From the NCBI RefSeq assembly GCF_009914755.1, contig NC_060925.1: a stretch of 64,000 nucleotides of DNA; one strand, 5' to 3'. A model generated the notes under the pieces. The model saw nothing but the letters and a program-made list of their open reading frames with translations. It was not told the DNA's origin and ran no database searches. Below are positions 28,987 through 43,048 of the stretch, in pieces (positions within the stretch are counted from its first letter, which is position 1; each line of letters begins with the position of its first letter). A program made the position numbers and the translations under genes. The DNA is from the human T2T-CHM13v2.0 reference genome, Homo sapiens.

Positions 28987-29699
28987 ATTCCATCCTACCT
29001 CTTAACTCTTAAAGAATTAAACAAAATTAGAAATCACAAATTTGTATGTGAAAAGGCCACTTGGTCCTTGGATATAATAGCTGAAAATACTTGATAACGA
29101 ACTTTAATGTAAAGTTTTTACTTCATTATCCAACACTACACAACAAGTCACAAAGGTGTAACTGGGTGATACTGACCTTTTTATATGGTACAAGCCAAGA
29201 AAGTAAAGAGAAGAAGGAGCTATAGAAAGAAATACTCAATTTTGCAGGCCTACCTTGAAGGACTGTCAAAAACAAAAACAGAAACAACTGATGTGTCACA
29301 CAGGAACAAATCATCATAGCGTAAGGCATTTTTCATAACAGTTGGCCTTTTCTGGGAGGTTCACACGTATACTAGGCCCTCATTTATCTTTGCTGAAAGT
29401 CAGTCATATGGAAAACTCAAAACAATATAATGATGCCTAAAAAATGTTATGACTTTGGCTACATTCATTCAAATTCGTGAAGAAAACAAGAAACTGAATT
29501 TTCTTCAAGTATTTTAAAAGAAATAAAGTTTTATTATTTCTATACATTACACACTGCAGGCTAACCAAAGGTAATTGAGTAGACTTCTTTGGCTTGTTTA
29601 AGAGAATGTTAATTTGTGTTGATGTATGCACTGTATCAAACAACTACTACTAAAGTTTTTTAAAAATACTTATCCAGTGAATTTATTCCAGTTAAATGT

Positions 29700-30050
29700 T
29701 ACTTCATTCAGTATTCAATAAATACTTACTGTGGACATTACAGCCAGCCAATGTGCTAAGCACACAATATATACATCAGTGAATAAAAAGCATAAACCTA
29801 AGGTACCAACTAAACATCAACATCACAATCAGTGTCATTCTATGGGGCACTGGACACTTTGTAAGTCTGACCTTTTAATCTAAAAACAATCTACTTGGCA
29901 AGGTAGGTACTTTATATCCCAACTTCACAGGTAACTAAAGAAAGTTAAGAGGCTTAAGTGTATTTCCTAAGGTCAGGAAAGATGGCAACTGATGGATGGA
30001 GTATGTGAACTCAGACAACCTGATGTCAAAGTCCGCGCTCTGAACCTGGG
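29700..30050 (-). mobile_element. L2 3' end and MIR relics
   Basis: ttcattcagtattcaataaatacttact (L2 end); aaggtaggtactttatatcccaacttcacagg (MIR core). Confidence 0.5.
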
Positions 30051-32739
30051 CAATCTACCATCCCTCATCTCAATCCCAGAATAACAGATCCTAAATTCTG
30101 AATTAGCCATGTTCAAATTATGTGCACCTTCCTGCCCACCCCCCAACCAAAAAAGGGCTCTAATGCAAGATTTACCTCCTTTTAAACGAATGCCCATTCC
30201 GTGAATGTCCATACACTACACCTTCTGTGCTAAGTGGTAACAGCCAAGCTGGGACTAAAGAAATGCAGTCGATAATGCGTAAGTCTGATAATTAAGTCAC
30301 TGTGTGTACACTTGAATGTGTGCACAAAGAGTATGTGTAATTAAGTCGCTATCTGATGATATCTCCCAGCATCATCTATGGTCCTAATAAGACATAATTA
30401 CTCATCCTCAGTAAGTTTTTATTACAAAGGAGGAGAAATAGCTTCTTGTTACTTTTAATCCATTTTTAAGAAAATAAATTTGGTGGAGGGCGGGCAATCT
30501 CAATGGCAAGTGGAACCTAAGATGAAGTTAATTTCTCTGCAGCCCTTCTGCTGTTGTACTGTCAGGGAAGGCATGAATAAAGGGTAGTGAGTAGCAAACA
30601 ACTTATGAGTACAGACCAGGCATAAGAGAGAAATTCCAAGTGTTTTTCCTCCAACTGCTCACATTTGACAATGAAACAACGAGAGGGATATGGTATTAAA
30701 CGATAAATAACTTGGCCCCCACATTCACAGCAATAATGGAAATGTGCATTCTCCAAGGTAACTAGTAGTATGCATCCTTAGCTATTCCACATTCAGAACC
30801 AGCATTTAGAAAGTAGGCTGTTAGGGACACAAATGATACAGCGGCATTCTCATCTATGTGGAGCCGTAACAATATGTCGAGCCCAGCTAACCATCACCTG
30901 AGACACTTTAACATCCCTAACTATCACCCCCAACTCTAAGGAATCTCTGTATCTGGCTTAACTTTAAGGACAATTTTCCAAGTTTTAATAAAACAGTTAA
31001 GGAACCAAAATGAATCAATATCATTAACCCAAAATAGTACTTATAGCTACATATACTACCTAGAAACTCATTTGGTATAAGTAACAGCTGAAACACCTAT
31101 GTAACTTTAGGAAACCAAAAGCATGTTTTCCTCTACTGTATGAATGACAGCAATGCAAGAATCCACACTGAATTTCCATGGAGACTATTACAGGACTGAG
31201 TTTGCTTACTTATCTGTGAATAAAGAAAGGTAGTAACTGCTACAAGGAACTACTTACTATACAAGGAACTCCTCAGTGCTATACTGAATGAAAATTAGTG
31301 TCTCCATGACCTTGTTAGCATTCTCGGACTCCATGATTACTTCCAGATGGCAAATTATTTGTATTATACTTCTTAATGCCTGGGTTTCTATAAAAATATG
31401 ATTTTATTGTTTTTCATAAACAAACAAATCATTTCTTTTAGAACTAAAGTGAATGCCCTTCTTGTCAATCCTATTCAGAATGTTCTCCAAAGAAGACTGA
31501 CATCCAATAATGCCACAAGTTGTCTGTCCACTTAGAATCTAAGATCACTGAGGGAATGAACAATATTTTATACTTCTTCAGTCTCCCTTTAGGTGCTGAG
31601 TTCCATAAAGAACACAAAGCAGGTATTCAGTAAATGCCTGTGGAAGTCCCTGATTATAGCTCAAAACATTTCTATTTGCACTCTGTGATATAATGCTCCT
31701 CAATGATATTGACTCATTCAGAACAAAACCCTAAAAGTAAGTAAGTCACATGGTGACCTATAAAAGCTATGGGAGGGCAGCAGAAGGGTTGGAGATATTA
31801 ATCTAGGCTCTTTCCATTGCAATTCATGAAGAGCCACTCAAGCTAGCCAGGTGAGAGCTCTTTACTCAGAGCGAACAGGATAATCTAAGAATCCTGTGGG
31901 AAGAACATCAGTGCAGTGGGACCCAGGAGAGTCAAGGAAGAGACGGCTGTGCACACACTTCCCTTGGCAGTCTGCTGCTCTTCCCACAGCTTGCCTGTCC
32001 TCTGCTTTTCCCAGTTTCCTACCCTAGCAAGTGAGCTTGCCTATGCCAGCCCTAACCTTGCTCTTGTCATTCAGGTAATTCTTTTATTTTTAATTTTTAC
32101 AGATATATTAGGGGTAATTCTTGAATTATCTATTCACCTTTCCCCTCTACTAACTGCCTCAGTCTCTCAGTTTCTCAACTCTAAATTCTAAAAATGAAAT
32201 TTGGCTCAATTAATCTTTTCATGCCAGGCCACAAGGATCACAGACTGTCATTCCGTATTACTAGTCCTTCAAAAAGCTAAATAAAGACTTTGCCAGCTAT
32301 TTTACTATTTAGTTCAGAAATCTACAGTGCGAAGCGACCTTTTTAATCAACAATACTTCTTTCTCCTGCTTCTAAGTACGTGCTGTCCCTAATTCTACCC
32401 TGCCTCTTCTGCTTGCCTGAGCTCCTGCTTTTGACTACTTCTTCCATAAATACTTTGGTCAGCGCATTCAAACAAAATCAGACCTCTCCATTTGTAAATA
32501 AGCCCAATCAAATGAATACTTCCTAAGAGAATGAAAGCTTCCTAATAGAATACATAATTCCTACCTTTAAAACCTCAGCTCAGTTAGGAACTTAATTGCT
32601 TGATACTATCACAGCCTCCACCTACCCTGTGGAAGTGTGGGCTCGAAATACACCTACCAGTGTAGGACGGTGGTGTCCCTATGTGTTTTGATGGTTGAAT
32701 ATTAATAAAGCAGAAGCCATGGATCTTATCCCCATAGGC

Positions 32740-32870
32740 AAGATAACCACACAACCTATCATCCACACTCAAGACATTTTTGAGAGTGAAAGGGGAGGCT
32801 GTTTAATAGTCTGGCAGGACAACAGACAGGGATCAGGACATAGAGGCAGCTGTGTTCTATACCACAGACT
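32740..32870 (+). mobile_element. MER94-like hAT-Blackjack MITE
   Basis: gacatttttgagagtgaaagggga...ggacaacag matches the recalled MER94 core. Confidence 0.65.
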
Positions 32871-34792
32871 CGATTCTAAGGGAATGCAGCAGCAGAGTAG
32901 AGAAGACAACCCAGGTCCCCACATAAAATACAAAGACCCTTCTCCTTATCTCATAAAGAGCTATTTCATGAAATGTGACCCAAGGCCCTTGGTTCAATAA
33001 ACTGCCATTATTCTAGCCTCGGTGACTGGCGGTAGATGTCTCCTCCTCCCCACGCCTCACCTCATTAGCTTTTGTTATCTTTAACATCGTAATCGTACCT
33101 ACTAATGTGTATCATAACGGGCATTCACCCAGTTACTTTTACAGTGCCCAAACATCCTTTATACACAAAATTTCACCACGGCAAAGGGATTCTCATTTAT
33201 AGTATAAACAATGAAACACATCTCTCAGTTATAACCCCAAACCAACTTTTTATTTTATGATTATTAAAAAGATAAAATACCTAATTACTCAACATTTCAA
33301 AGCCATCGGGTTTTTGTTTCTTTCATTGCTCCACTAGTCATGTTATTTGCTGGGAGCAAAATCAAATTCAATTTCTTCTTCTTCTTAAAATCTTGCAGAG
33401 AAACAAAGCTTATTTCCTTCTGCTCATCTTTTACCCTTATAGCTTCAGTAAACTGAAGGAGAAAAAAATCTTGATCATTCTCATCTGATTATCTTTTAAT
33501 AAGTACAGAGAAGTAAGAAAATAAGAAAGTGGAAATAACTATATTTATTCCCAGAGCAAATATTTCATCATCTGTTGTTCTTACACAACAACTATGAGGA
33601 TGTGCTGAATACAGAACCTCAAACAAAAACATGAGAAACAGCAGTGTGTGATTTAGAAAAAGGTATCTAAACATACTGCACCCTACTTCCCACACTGTTT
33701 TTGTAGACAGCTTTAATGTGTTGTATTAGACCAATACTGACAACAGAAGCTTTAGCTTTTATTGCTGTTAATACCCTGAGCAATTACCGTAACTCAGCAG
33801 GAACCTCTGCCCAGAACAGCAACTATCACATTGTAATCAGCATTTCATAAGAGATGCTGTTCAAACAGGAAGGCACCTGCTAATGTGCAAAAACTGTACA
33901 AAGGGGGCTCAAGATCTAATAGGTAAAATAAAAATATTTACAATTTTATTTCACAGCTATATATTTTTCACGGTGCACTGATGTTTGGTTTAGTAAAAAT
34001 CACACAAAAAGACAATGGGCAGGAAAAGGGCAGTAGCAGCAGCCACTACCAAAACAAAACTCTTCAGGAATAAGGCTACACCCGTATTTCAGGTGTCAGT
34101 GCTGTATCTGTTAAAAAAAAAAAAAAAAAAAAAAAAACACACACTTTGGAAGGAAAGATATAATAAGTAGCAAAGACCTCTAAAAATGGTTTTTAAAAAT
34201 TCATATAGACATAAAAACTGGATAGAAAGCATTTGATTTACAAGATTAAACTGCAAGGCCACCTTGCAATGCAACCAGGAAAGTTAAAAGCCGCTTATCA
34301 AGAATAGATCCATCTTAGAAGTAAATAGCACATTTGACTTCATCTTAAAACAGTAAGCATGCAATAACTTAAGCAATAACTTTTTAACAAAGAAAAATAA
34401 AATGTGATTTTTTTTTTTCTTACTGAATATACTACTTTGGTACTTGGGCCATTAAAAATGATAAAAAACAAAGGAGATGCAGAGAAAGATCTTTTCAAAC
34501 TACATTTCTTTAGACTGAAATATCACATACAACATATGTCAGAACACAAATATTGTCAAATTACAAAGGGTGTTGGAAATAAGAGCATTCACAGATAGTG
34601 ATACACATCTCTACAAAGCTAAGGAATTACGAATTCTCTAGGCCTAAGAGCACAGACAGTGGTTCACAATCTTCAAAGTACTAGGATCCCTTGTAAGATC
34701 AAAATGTTTCAAAAGATTCCCAAATGATACTACTTCAGTAGTATTTCAAATACCAATTGTTTGAGGAAAATAACAAACAAACAGTGGTTCCC

Positions 34793-35139
<347 letters not shown>

Positions 35140-35846
35140 TTAAAAATCATAAAAGCATACTGAAAACAGGCTGAAAAATCGTTGTCCAGACGTGTGAGAT
35201 CAATTTATTTACATCAAGCTTAGCATGTTTATTTGCAGACCTCTGCCAAATCTCTGCAGACATCCAGGGATCCAAAGCCTAAAGTGTGAGAACCACTGGC
35301 CCTAAAAAAGCGATTTCATAATGAGGAACATCAACACTTATATATTCAGGAAGAATTTTTAATGAGAAAGTACAGTAGCTATGTCCTTACTTCTGCAACA
35401 CATGCACTAAAACTGGAAAGAAAGTATAACAACTTTACCACGCCCAAGCCAGACTTCTTTCAACCGCTACCCCGGGAAACCCCCACAACAATTTCAACAT
35501 CATATACTCCACACCTGCCGAAATATTGAAGGAAGTGACAGGTTTCCACTGGAAACTATTCTCTGACCCGTTTATATTATTTCCCCTACTCATCAATTTA
35601 CTGAATTTACTTTACTTCAGGCTCTTAACAATGGCTGAGAAGAAACAAGCTACTTCAGAAATTCAAGGGACTATCTGAAATTGTCAAAAGTTACTAAAGG
35701 GATAAAAACTTCAGAAATATTGTTTACAATATAAGCATTATGAGAGTAAGTGTTACAAAGCTGAAAAGATGGAACTAGTAACCCTCATTTCAGTGCTACT
35801 GCCACGAGGCAGTTAGCACTCAAAAGGTGAACTGGTAACCACGTCA

Positions 35847-36143
<297 letters not shown>

Positions 36144-36749
36144 TTAAATTGCAAATATCTTTAGGCTAAAGGAAAACTGCCCTTTGGTTCTTTCTGATTA
36201 TTTTTCTAATAATTTAAAGAATCTGATGAAGCCTAAATTATTTTCTTCAGAGTCCCTGAAGAAGAAGGGGAGGAGTCCAAGGGATTATCCATATTCAGAT
36301 GAAGACATTTAGATAAAAGAAACCGCTTGCTCAAGATCACACATCAAGATGAAATCTTGAGTATCTTATTCAGATACATGTTCACATGTCTTCGAAAAAG
36401 AGAAACGGCTTTGCCACGTGCTACTATATTTGTAATAAATATTTTGTGAGGAAATAAATGAAATACGCAAAGATGACTAGCTTGAACATGCTATTACAAT
36501 GACCTTTTCAACTAATCAAAAAGAGAAAGAAAACTAATCTCTTACAGACAATTTGCCATTACATTGTACCCTAAACACATTTTATTTTCTAACTGTAAAC
36601 AAAACCAATGCCACTAATCAGAGATGGAATAAAGTAAACCAAATTGCATTTTCTTCAGGGAAGAAGGGTGCTTTCTTAAATTACATTTGACATGGCAGTG
36701 GTTGGAAAATAATTTTTGATGCTCTCAATGACTGGAGTGTAAAGCGTTG

Positions 36750-36885
36750 CTTTTGTTTGTTTGTTTGTTTGTTTTGTTTTGTTTTGTTTTGGCTGGTCTC
36801 CTCTCCAACTCCTGGGCTCAAGCAATCCTCCCACCTCAGCCACCCGAAGTGTCAGGATTACAGGCATGAGCCACCACGCTTGGCC
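36750..36885 (-). mobile_element. FLAM / Alu fragment with (TTTG)n(TTTTG)n tail
   Basis: Reverse left monomer; TSD GTTGCTTTT. Confidence 0.85.
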
Positions 36886-37094
36886 AAGGTTGCTTTTTAA
36901 AATGCCATGTTAAGACACTTAAATAAAAAGCAATGATTTTAAGGAAAGCAGTGGCTATAGAGAGAGTTAACCTCCTCCTACCCCCATATCACAACCTAAG
37001 ATCATCATAAAGCTTAGGTCAGGAAAGTCTACGTATTATTTACTGAAAAGTAAAGGCACAGTCAATGAAATCTAGGAATAGTGACCATAATGCC

Positions 37095-37232
37095 TCATTC
37101 ATTCATTCATTTTGCATAGACAGGGCCTCACTATGTTGCCCAGGCTAGTCTCAAACTCTTGGGCTGAAGCTATCCCCCTGCCTCGGCCTCCCAAAGTGCT
37201 GTGATTACATGCATAAACCACCATGGCCAGCC
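37095..37232 (-). mobile_element. FLAM
   Basis: Reverse left monomer; TSD CCATAATGCC. Confidence 0.87.
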
Positions 37233-38043
37233 CATAATGCCATTCATTTTATACTTCCTCTGGACCCTTCAGAATGAGTGTATCTTACAATAATTCAGAT
37301 GCTTGACAACACTGGCAACTTCCTCTATTGTCTCATTTGTCTTATGTGTTGAGAGCGAAGAAAAAGCACAGAAGTAGCAATTGGGAGTCATCACAAACCC
37401 CAACAGACCAACTAAGATGATCAGGAAGAAAGTCCTCACAAATGAGTACATTCCAAGAAACTTTCTGCAGAACATCAGGATCTTTGTACCTACCCAAAAG
37501 GCACTCTAGAAAAAGAAGAAATCTCAATGCCAACTATTTAGGCATTCAGAATTCCCCAACTGATTTCTCTACTCAAAGATGGACTCAACAGAGATTTAAT
37601 CCCTGAATCCACGTAAAACAGTAGCTCAGGAATGAACTGTTGACTAAGCTTTCCCTATCTTGTTCCAAGGTCCCAGATGCTAAATAACTGTGCTTCAGCA
37701 TTCAGGCAACATCAACTTAACATGCTAATCATCTTAAGGGACAAGCAAGAGAATTCTTCCCACCACAGTAGATCATTCTTTCATACTCCTACCTTGGTAT
37801 TCAAGTAAAAACAGAAGAAACTCAATTCCCTAGATAAAAACTGTAGCTCCAAATTACACAATTTTGGAACAACCCAAAGTTCTTAGTTTCCTGTGTTTCA
37901 GTCCCTGTTATACCCACTGCCAGCATTTCAGATCTCTAGTTATCAATTATTTACTCACCTTACTCAACTCAACATGCCCTCTCCTTTCTGTTGCTTCCTA
38001 CATACCACATTTCATGACATTAACACCATCATAGCCTAGCTAC

Positions 38044-38508
38044 TGACAGAGCAGGAGCATCACCATCTTGGACAAGCACCACCATTTTCAAGTTCCCCTT
38101 GATCAAAAACTGCCTAAATCCAACCCAAAGGGCATCAGCCTAATGGCTAATGACATCATGACCATAAACCACAAATGACATCTCCAACCACAAACATTCC
38201 AATCCTAAGATAAACCCCTCTCTGACCACAGACATGCCAGCCCAGAGATAACGTCCCCTCTGGCTGGAGAGATGTCAGCCCCAAAACATTCCAACCCCAC
38301 AATAAACTTCTCCTCCACACAGAAACATTCCAAGCCTGTGATAAGCTCTCCTGCCCTAAATCCTTAAGTAATACTCTTGGTCTGTAATAGACAGTGCTCC
38401 TGACCAAAATCAGCCAGAAGCCCCTCTCCAGTTTATTCTCCAAAATGAGCCTGTCTTTGACTGTTAAGCCACTTTTCGCATTTCTTTCCTCATTCTTTAA
38501 CTCTTACA
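38044..38508 (+). mobile_element. Solo LTR (ERVL-type, possibly LTR47-like; family uncertain)
   Basis: TG...CA termini, 5-bp TSD GCTAC, internal aaacattccaa repeats. Confidence 0.85.
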
Positions 38509-38993
38509 GCTACTACTCACTGGCTTCAGAACTAATAGGTCCCTTTCTAATTAATTGCTTCTACCTTCTTAAGGCTCAAGTGACAAACTTACTGCATTCA
38601 ATGGTCTGGTCTCACTCCACACCCCATCTTCCCCTAGGCTGCATTCACTACAAGAAACCCCAACTCTGCTCCCAGTCTGCAAAACTCTTCTTCTCTCCTT
38701 CTACTAGCCCCTGATCACACCAACCTTAGAATTAGTTATCAGTTCCATATGGAGTAACTCCTCATGGCTCCTCTGTAACTAAATGGCAACACCTCCCTTC
38801 TTTTACATAACATTAACAATTTACATTCCTTGTCAAGTTATTTGGCAGTAAGGTGGTCTGCACTGTCCACTAACAATTACTATCAATCTTGTAGGCTCAG
38901 AGAAATGTACTCAATTCTACCTTCCCCGTACTCACCAAGGACTAATGTCTGCCATTAGTGTGGGGGTTAAAAAAAATAAAAAATAAAAAATAA

Positions 38994-39240
38994 GGCCAAG
39001 TCAGGTGGATCACCTGAGGTCAGTTCAAGACCAGCCTGACCAACATGGTGAAACCCCAACTACACTAAAAATACAAAAATTAGCTGGGTGTGGTGGCACA
39101 CACCTGTAATCCCAGCTACTCAGGACTTAGAGGCAGGAGGATTGCTTGAACCCAGGAGGCGGAGATAGCAGTGAGCCGAGATCACGCCACTGCACTCCAG
39201 CCTGGGTGACAGTGAAACTGTCTCAAAAAAAAAAAAAAAA
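38994..39240 (+). mobile_element. 5'-truncated Alu
   Basis: Alu consensus from aggccaag; A tail. Confidence 0.92.
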
Positions 39241-42229
39241 CCTGAAATAAATGGGAGACACTTGGAAAGCAAAGACTACGCATGTTTTTCTTTTTACACA
39301 AAGAAAAGCTTTATTTATATATACTTTAAATAATCCATAGGATCATTACTACACACCATCTTACTGTGAGATATAAAGCTAACTTACATACAAAAAAGCT
39401 TTCCAGAAAAAGGAAAAAGAACCTATGTTCTTTCATTTCCCGCTGCAAAGTTACATTCAAGAAAAGTGCCTGTAAATACACTAGGATATAGCTCTGTTAG
39501 AGAAGGAAGGAAAGGAACATGCCGGTATGTCAAGAGCAGCCAAGCACATCTGTTTGCCTAAACACTTCTCAGCAGTTGTACTGGAGCTGCCTCACACACC
39601 TGGCCTGAGAAATGCTGCCATGAGGGATAAGCATGAGAGAGATCCTCAACCGGACATACGGAATGACCACTGTTACTTTTCCTTAGATTAAAAGCCACCT
39701 CTTTTTGTTTAAAAAACGACCATGGCAACTCAAACTGATCCAAAGCTATGAATTCATATCAGACAGTCCAATACACAAGGTTAATAATCTGTAAAATGGG
39801 TGAGTGCATCAAGTGAGCTCTATCAGTACTTTGAAACACATATATGAAAAAGTTAGAGAAGCTCACTGCAAAATTAAGTGACAAAACTTACAGTTTTGTA
39901 AGCCACTGGAGGGTGGCTGTTAAAAAAAAAAACTTTACATACATAGTCATGAAACACAGAATGGCTAAGACTGGAGTAATAAGAACTAAAAATGTTTCAC
40001 ACTATGTAAAACTTGCCATAGGAATGGGGAAAAAAATACACTGCTTTGACCTGATTTGTCTAATTCATTTTTAAAATCAAAGCATGACGAACTATTGTAC
40101 AGTCAAACTTTTCTTTATAACCCTCTGACAAATATTAGGATGACCCAACAAAAAATAAACACAATTTAGAATTCAAGTCTCACAGAAAAAAATTCTACTT
40201 TATATTACTCTTAAAAATATTCAAAACAAGGTTCAATTAAAGCCAAATTCTCATATAAAAAGCATTTCCCCTTGGCTCATTAATCAAGCAGCTATTTAAG
40301 AAAATAATTTATATAAATGTTTATAGCACAAAAATAAAGTGCTTTATTTGAAAAGGGAAAGATAAGAACGTAGTCAAGAGCAATGTTAAAATCTCAGTTG
40401 GAATATATGCCCAGTAATCTTTTAAAGCCAAAATGATTTGGCAAGATTTTCATGCAATTTATGAGTGCATGGGATGTCTGAAGCTGGTTATAAAATTGGT
40501 TTTAGTCAGTAGGATCAATGATTCTCAATCTGAAAATCTCCCACGGCCCCCAAGCACTGCATATACTTCTTTTTTTATTAGAAAGCTAGCAGTTCTGAAA
40601 GAACTGCACAAAGCTGATGTGATCCACCAAATGCATAATGCACATCTTCAGAATCACCCATGTAAAAACACGTATTTACCAGAATTGAGCAAACGGTTTT
40701 GGCAGGGCAAGTATATATATTTTTTAAATCTTCAAATCAGCATGCCTGTAATGGGCCAGAAAAATGAGTGAGGCTATTACCATCAATATCAATTAGTCCA
40801 AACAACACATGATAACTAATGTGTCTTTACTAGGGATGTCTAGAAATGAAACCATGGGTCTAGGTTGAGACCTACTCTCTTAACACCTAACCTCTGTCTG
40901 GGAATGGATCACAGGATTAAGTGACCTCAAATCCTTGTGAACAGGGAGCAACAAAATCCGTAATTTGGGCAATGATACTGAACAGAGGTATTTCTGGCTG
41001 TTTCTCACAACCTCAGCATAGCTTCATGTCCAAAGATCTATTGTGCCATCTGTAAACAACAGAGCATTTGCTAAGCTGGGGAAGGAAGTCAGCCAAAACG
41101 TGAAGGCAGATTCTCAAGGCAAAGAAGGCCCTCTCTGCTTTTTCAACCCTCAGCAAATCAGCAGGTTTATGTAAATATAGCAAAAGCACAGTCCCCTCAA
41201 GGGTAAAAATCTCAGTCTGAAGCATTAGGCAGTGTGTCATTATGAAACACAAAGAACCTGTCAGCATCTTTTCTGACAGCCTCCTACAGAGCAGAGTGGA
41301 CACTTACCTCACCCACTAATTTAGCAAGCAGTGCCACACACGCCAGTACTAAAACTGTGGTCACAACATATATAGGCAATGCTCAGCCACTGCTCCACCT
41401 CATAAAGAATTTTCCTTTCCATCAATGTGTCTCCGCCTATTAATCTTTGAAATACCTTCTCATCCCTTTGCAAAGCATGGCAGTGCCACTCTGATATAAT
41501 TTCCAATAGAAAACCCCATTGTAAAAAGCACGCATGAACAAAGACTTTCTCACAAAGAGATTTCTCAGAGACCAAGCTGGGTGGCACAGCGGTGAAATGG
41601 GAAGTTGACTCTCAGGACTGCACCGCTCTTCTGCTTTCTGTTTCTCCTCTACATGACTCCTCCACCCTCAATGCTTGGAGGTAACAGTCAATGAGGTACA
41701 GTATGTTGGTCTAATATTGCAGAATAAAAAATCCACAAGTATCTCTCTACAGTTAAAACAGATGTCCTCCATTTTCCAAGACACACAAAGAGTGTATATG
41801 TTATGTGTGTGTGCATGCTGGAAACAACGCTGAAATCCCGGTACCCAAATTCCAATCCAGAGTCTCTGGCATACTGCATGTCCTCCAACAAACCCTCCCA
41901 GTTCTAGTCTCCCAAACCATAAAACAGCCAAACCCATCACCATTCCTCAACTCTATAAACAATGCACTGTTCTTCATAGTAAACACTCAAAAATTATATG
42001 AGGAACAAACAAACTAAACAGAGACATGGTTTAAAAAAAAAAGAAGAGAGAGATCCTAGCAAGAAAGTTGCTACGCTCTATCAATATGAACAAAACAAAT
42101 GCTGTATTCTAATACTTCTTTAGGAAATAACTCGATTGCCAGGTAACCTACTTTAGTTTCCTGCCAGAATCTTTTGCTGTGAGGGGTACTCATATTGACT
42201 GTAACACTGGAGAATTTAAAAGGGAAAAG

Positions 42230-42345
42230 GACTGCTGCTCAGGAAGCTCAGGTGACAGCATCACTGGAGCCCTGGAGTTCAAAGCTGCAGTGAGCTATGA
42301 TCCAGCCACTGTACTCCAATCTAGGTGACAGAGTGAGACCCTGTC
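42230..42345 (+). mobile_element. Alu right-monomer fragment
   Basis: gctgcagtgagctatgat...ggtgacagagtgagaccctgtc. Confidence 0.8.
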
Positions 42346-42880
42346 ACTCAGTCATACATACATACGTACATATATACACACATACATACATGGAAAAGGA
42401 AACAAAAATTGGGAAAAGTGCACCTCCATAAATGAAGCCTTCCCAGTCCTTACCCTTACTCTGTTTATCAACTGTTATCAAAATCAGCTGCATCATCTTA
42501 AAGATTCTAAACTTGGTGGGAAAAGATCCCAGATAACATATATCTTTGTTCCCCTCTTTTTTAAACATAATAATTACATTCCATGTATTGAAATGTCTAT
42601 AGATTCCCAAGTAGTGCTACAAAGAAAGCCTCACTAAACACAGAACACTAAATATTTCTAGCAAACATTCATCTGTCTTTATCCTCATTGCTAACAAGGA
42701 CAGTTAAATAATGAGAACAAACAAGTTGAGGGGAACAGGTCATAATAAACTAAAAGGGATTTTGTTGAAAATTCCTACATTTCTCTTTTCTCCTTTAAAA
42801 GTCAGGAAATCTCCCAATGTATTGAAAACTTAAAAACTGATCTCAGATAATTATCTTCCCAACTTTAAAAAATAATGCTG

Positions 42881-43048
42881 GGCCAGGCATGGTGGCACAT
42901 GCCTGTAATTCCAGCACTTTGGGAGGCCGAGGCAGAGGACTGCCTGTGCCCTGGAGTTTGAGGTTACAATGAGCTATGACTGTACCACCACTACACTCCA
43001 GCCTGGGTGACAGCATGAAACCTTGTCTCTTAAAAAAATAAAAAATAA
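42881..43048 (+). mobile_element. Alu monomer (FRAM/FAM-like)
   Basis: Single monomer with A-rich tail. Confidence 0.85.

Noticed and set aside
37003-37009. Sense-strand ATGATGA box C candidate (also near 29311)
   Set aside because: No CTGA box D at a suitable distance.
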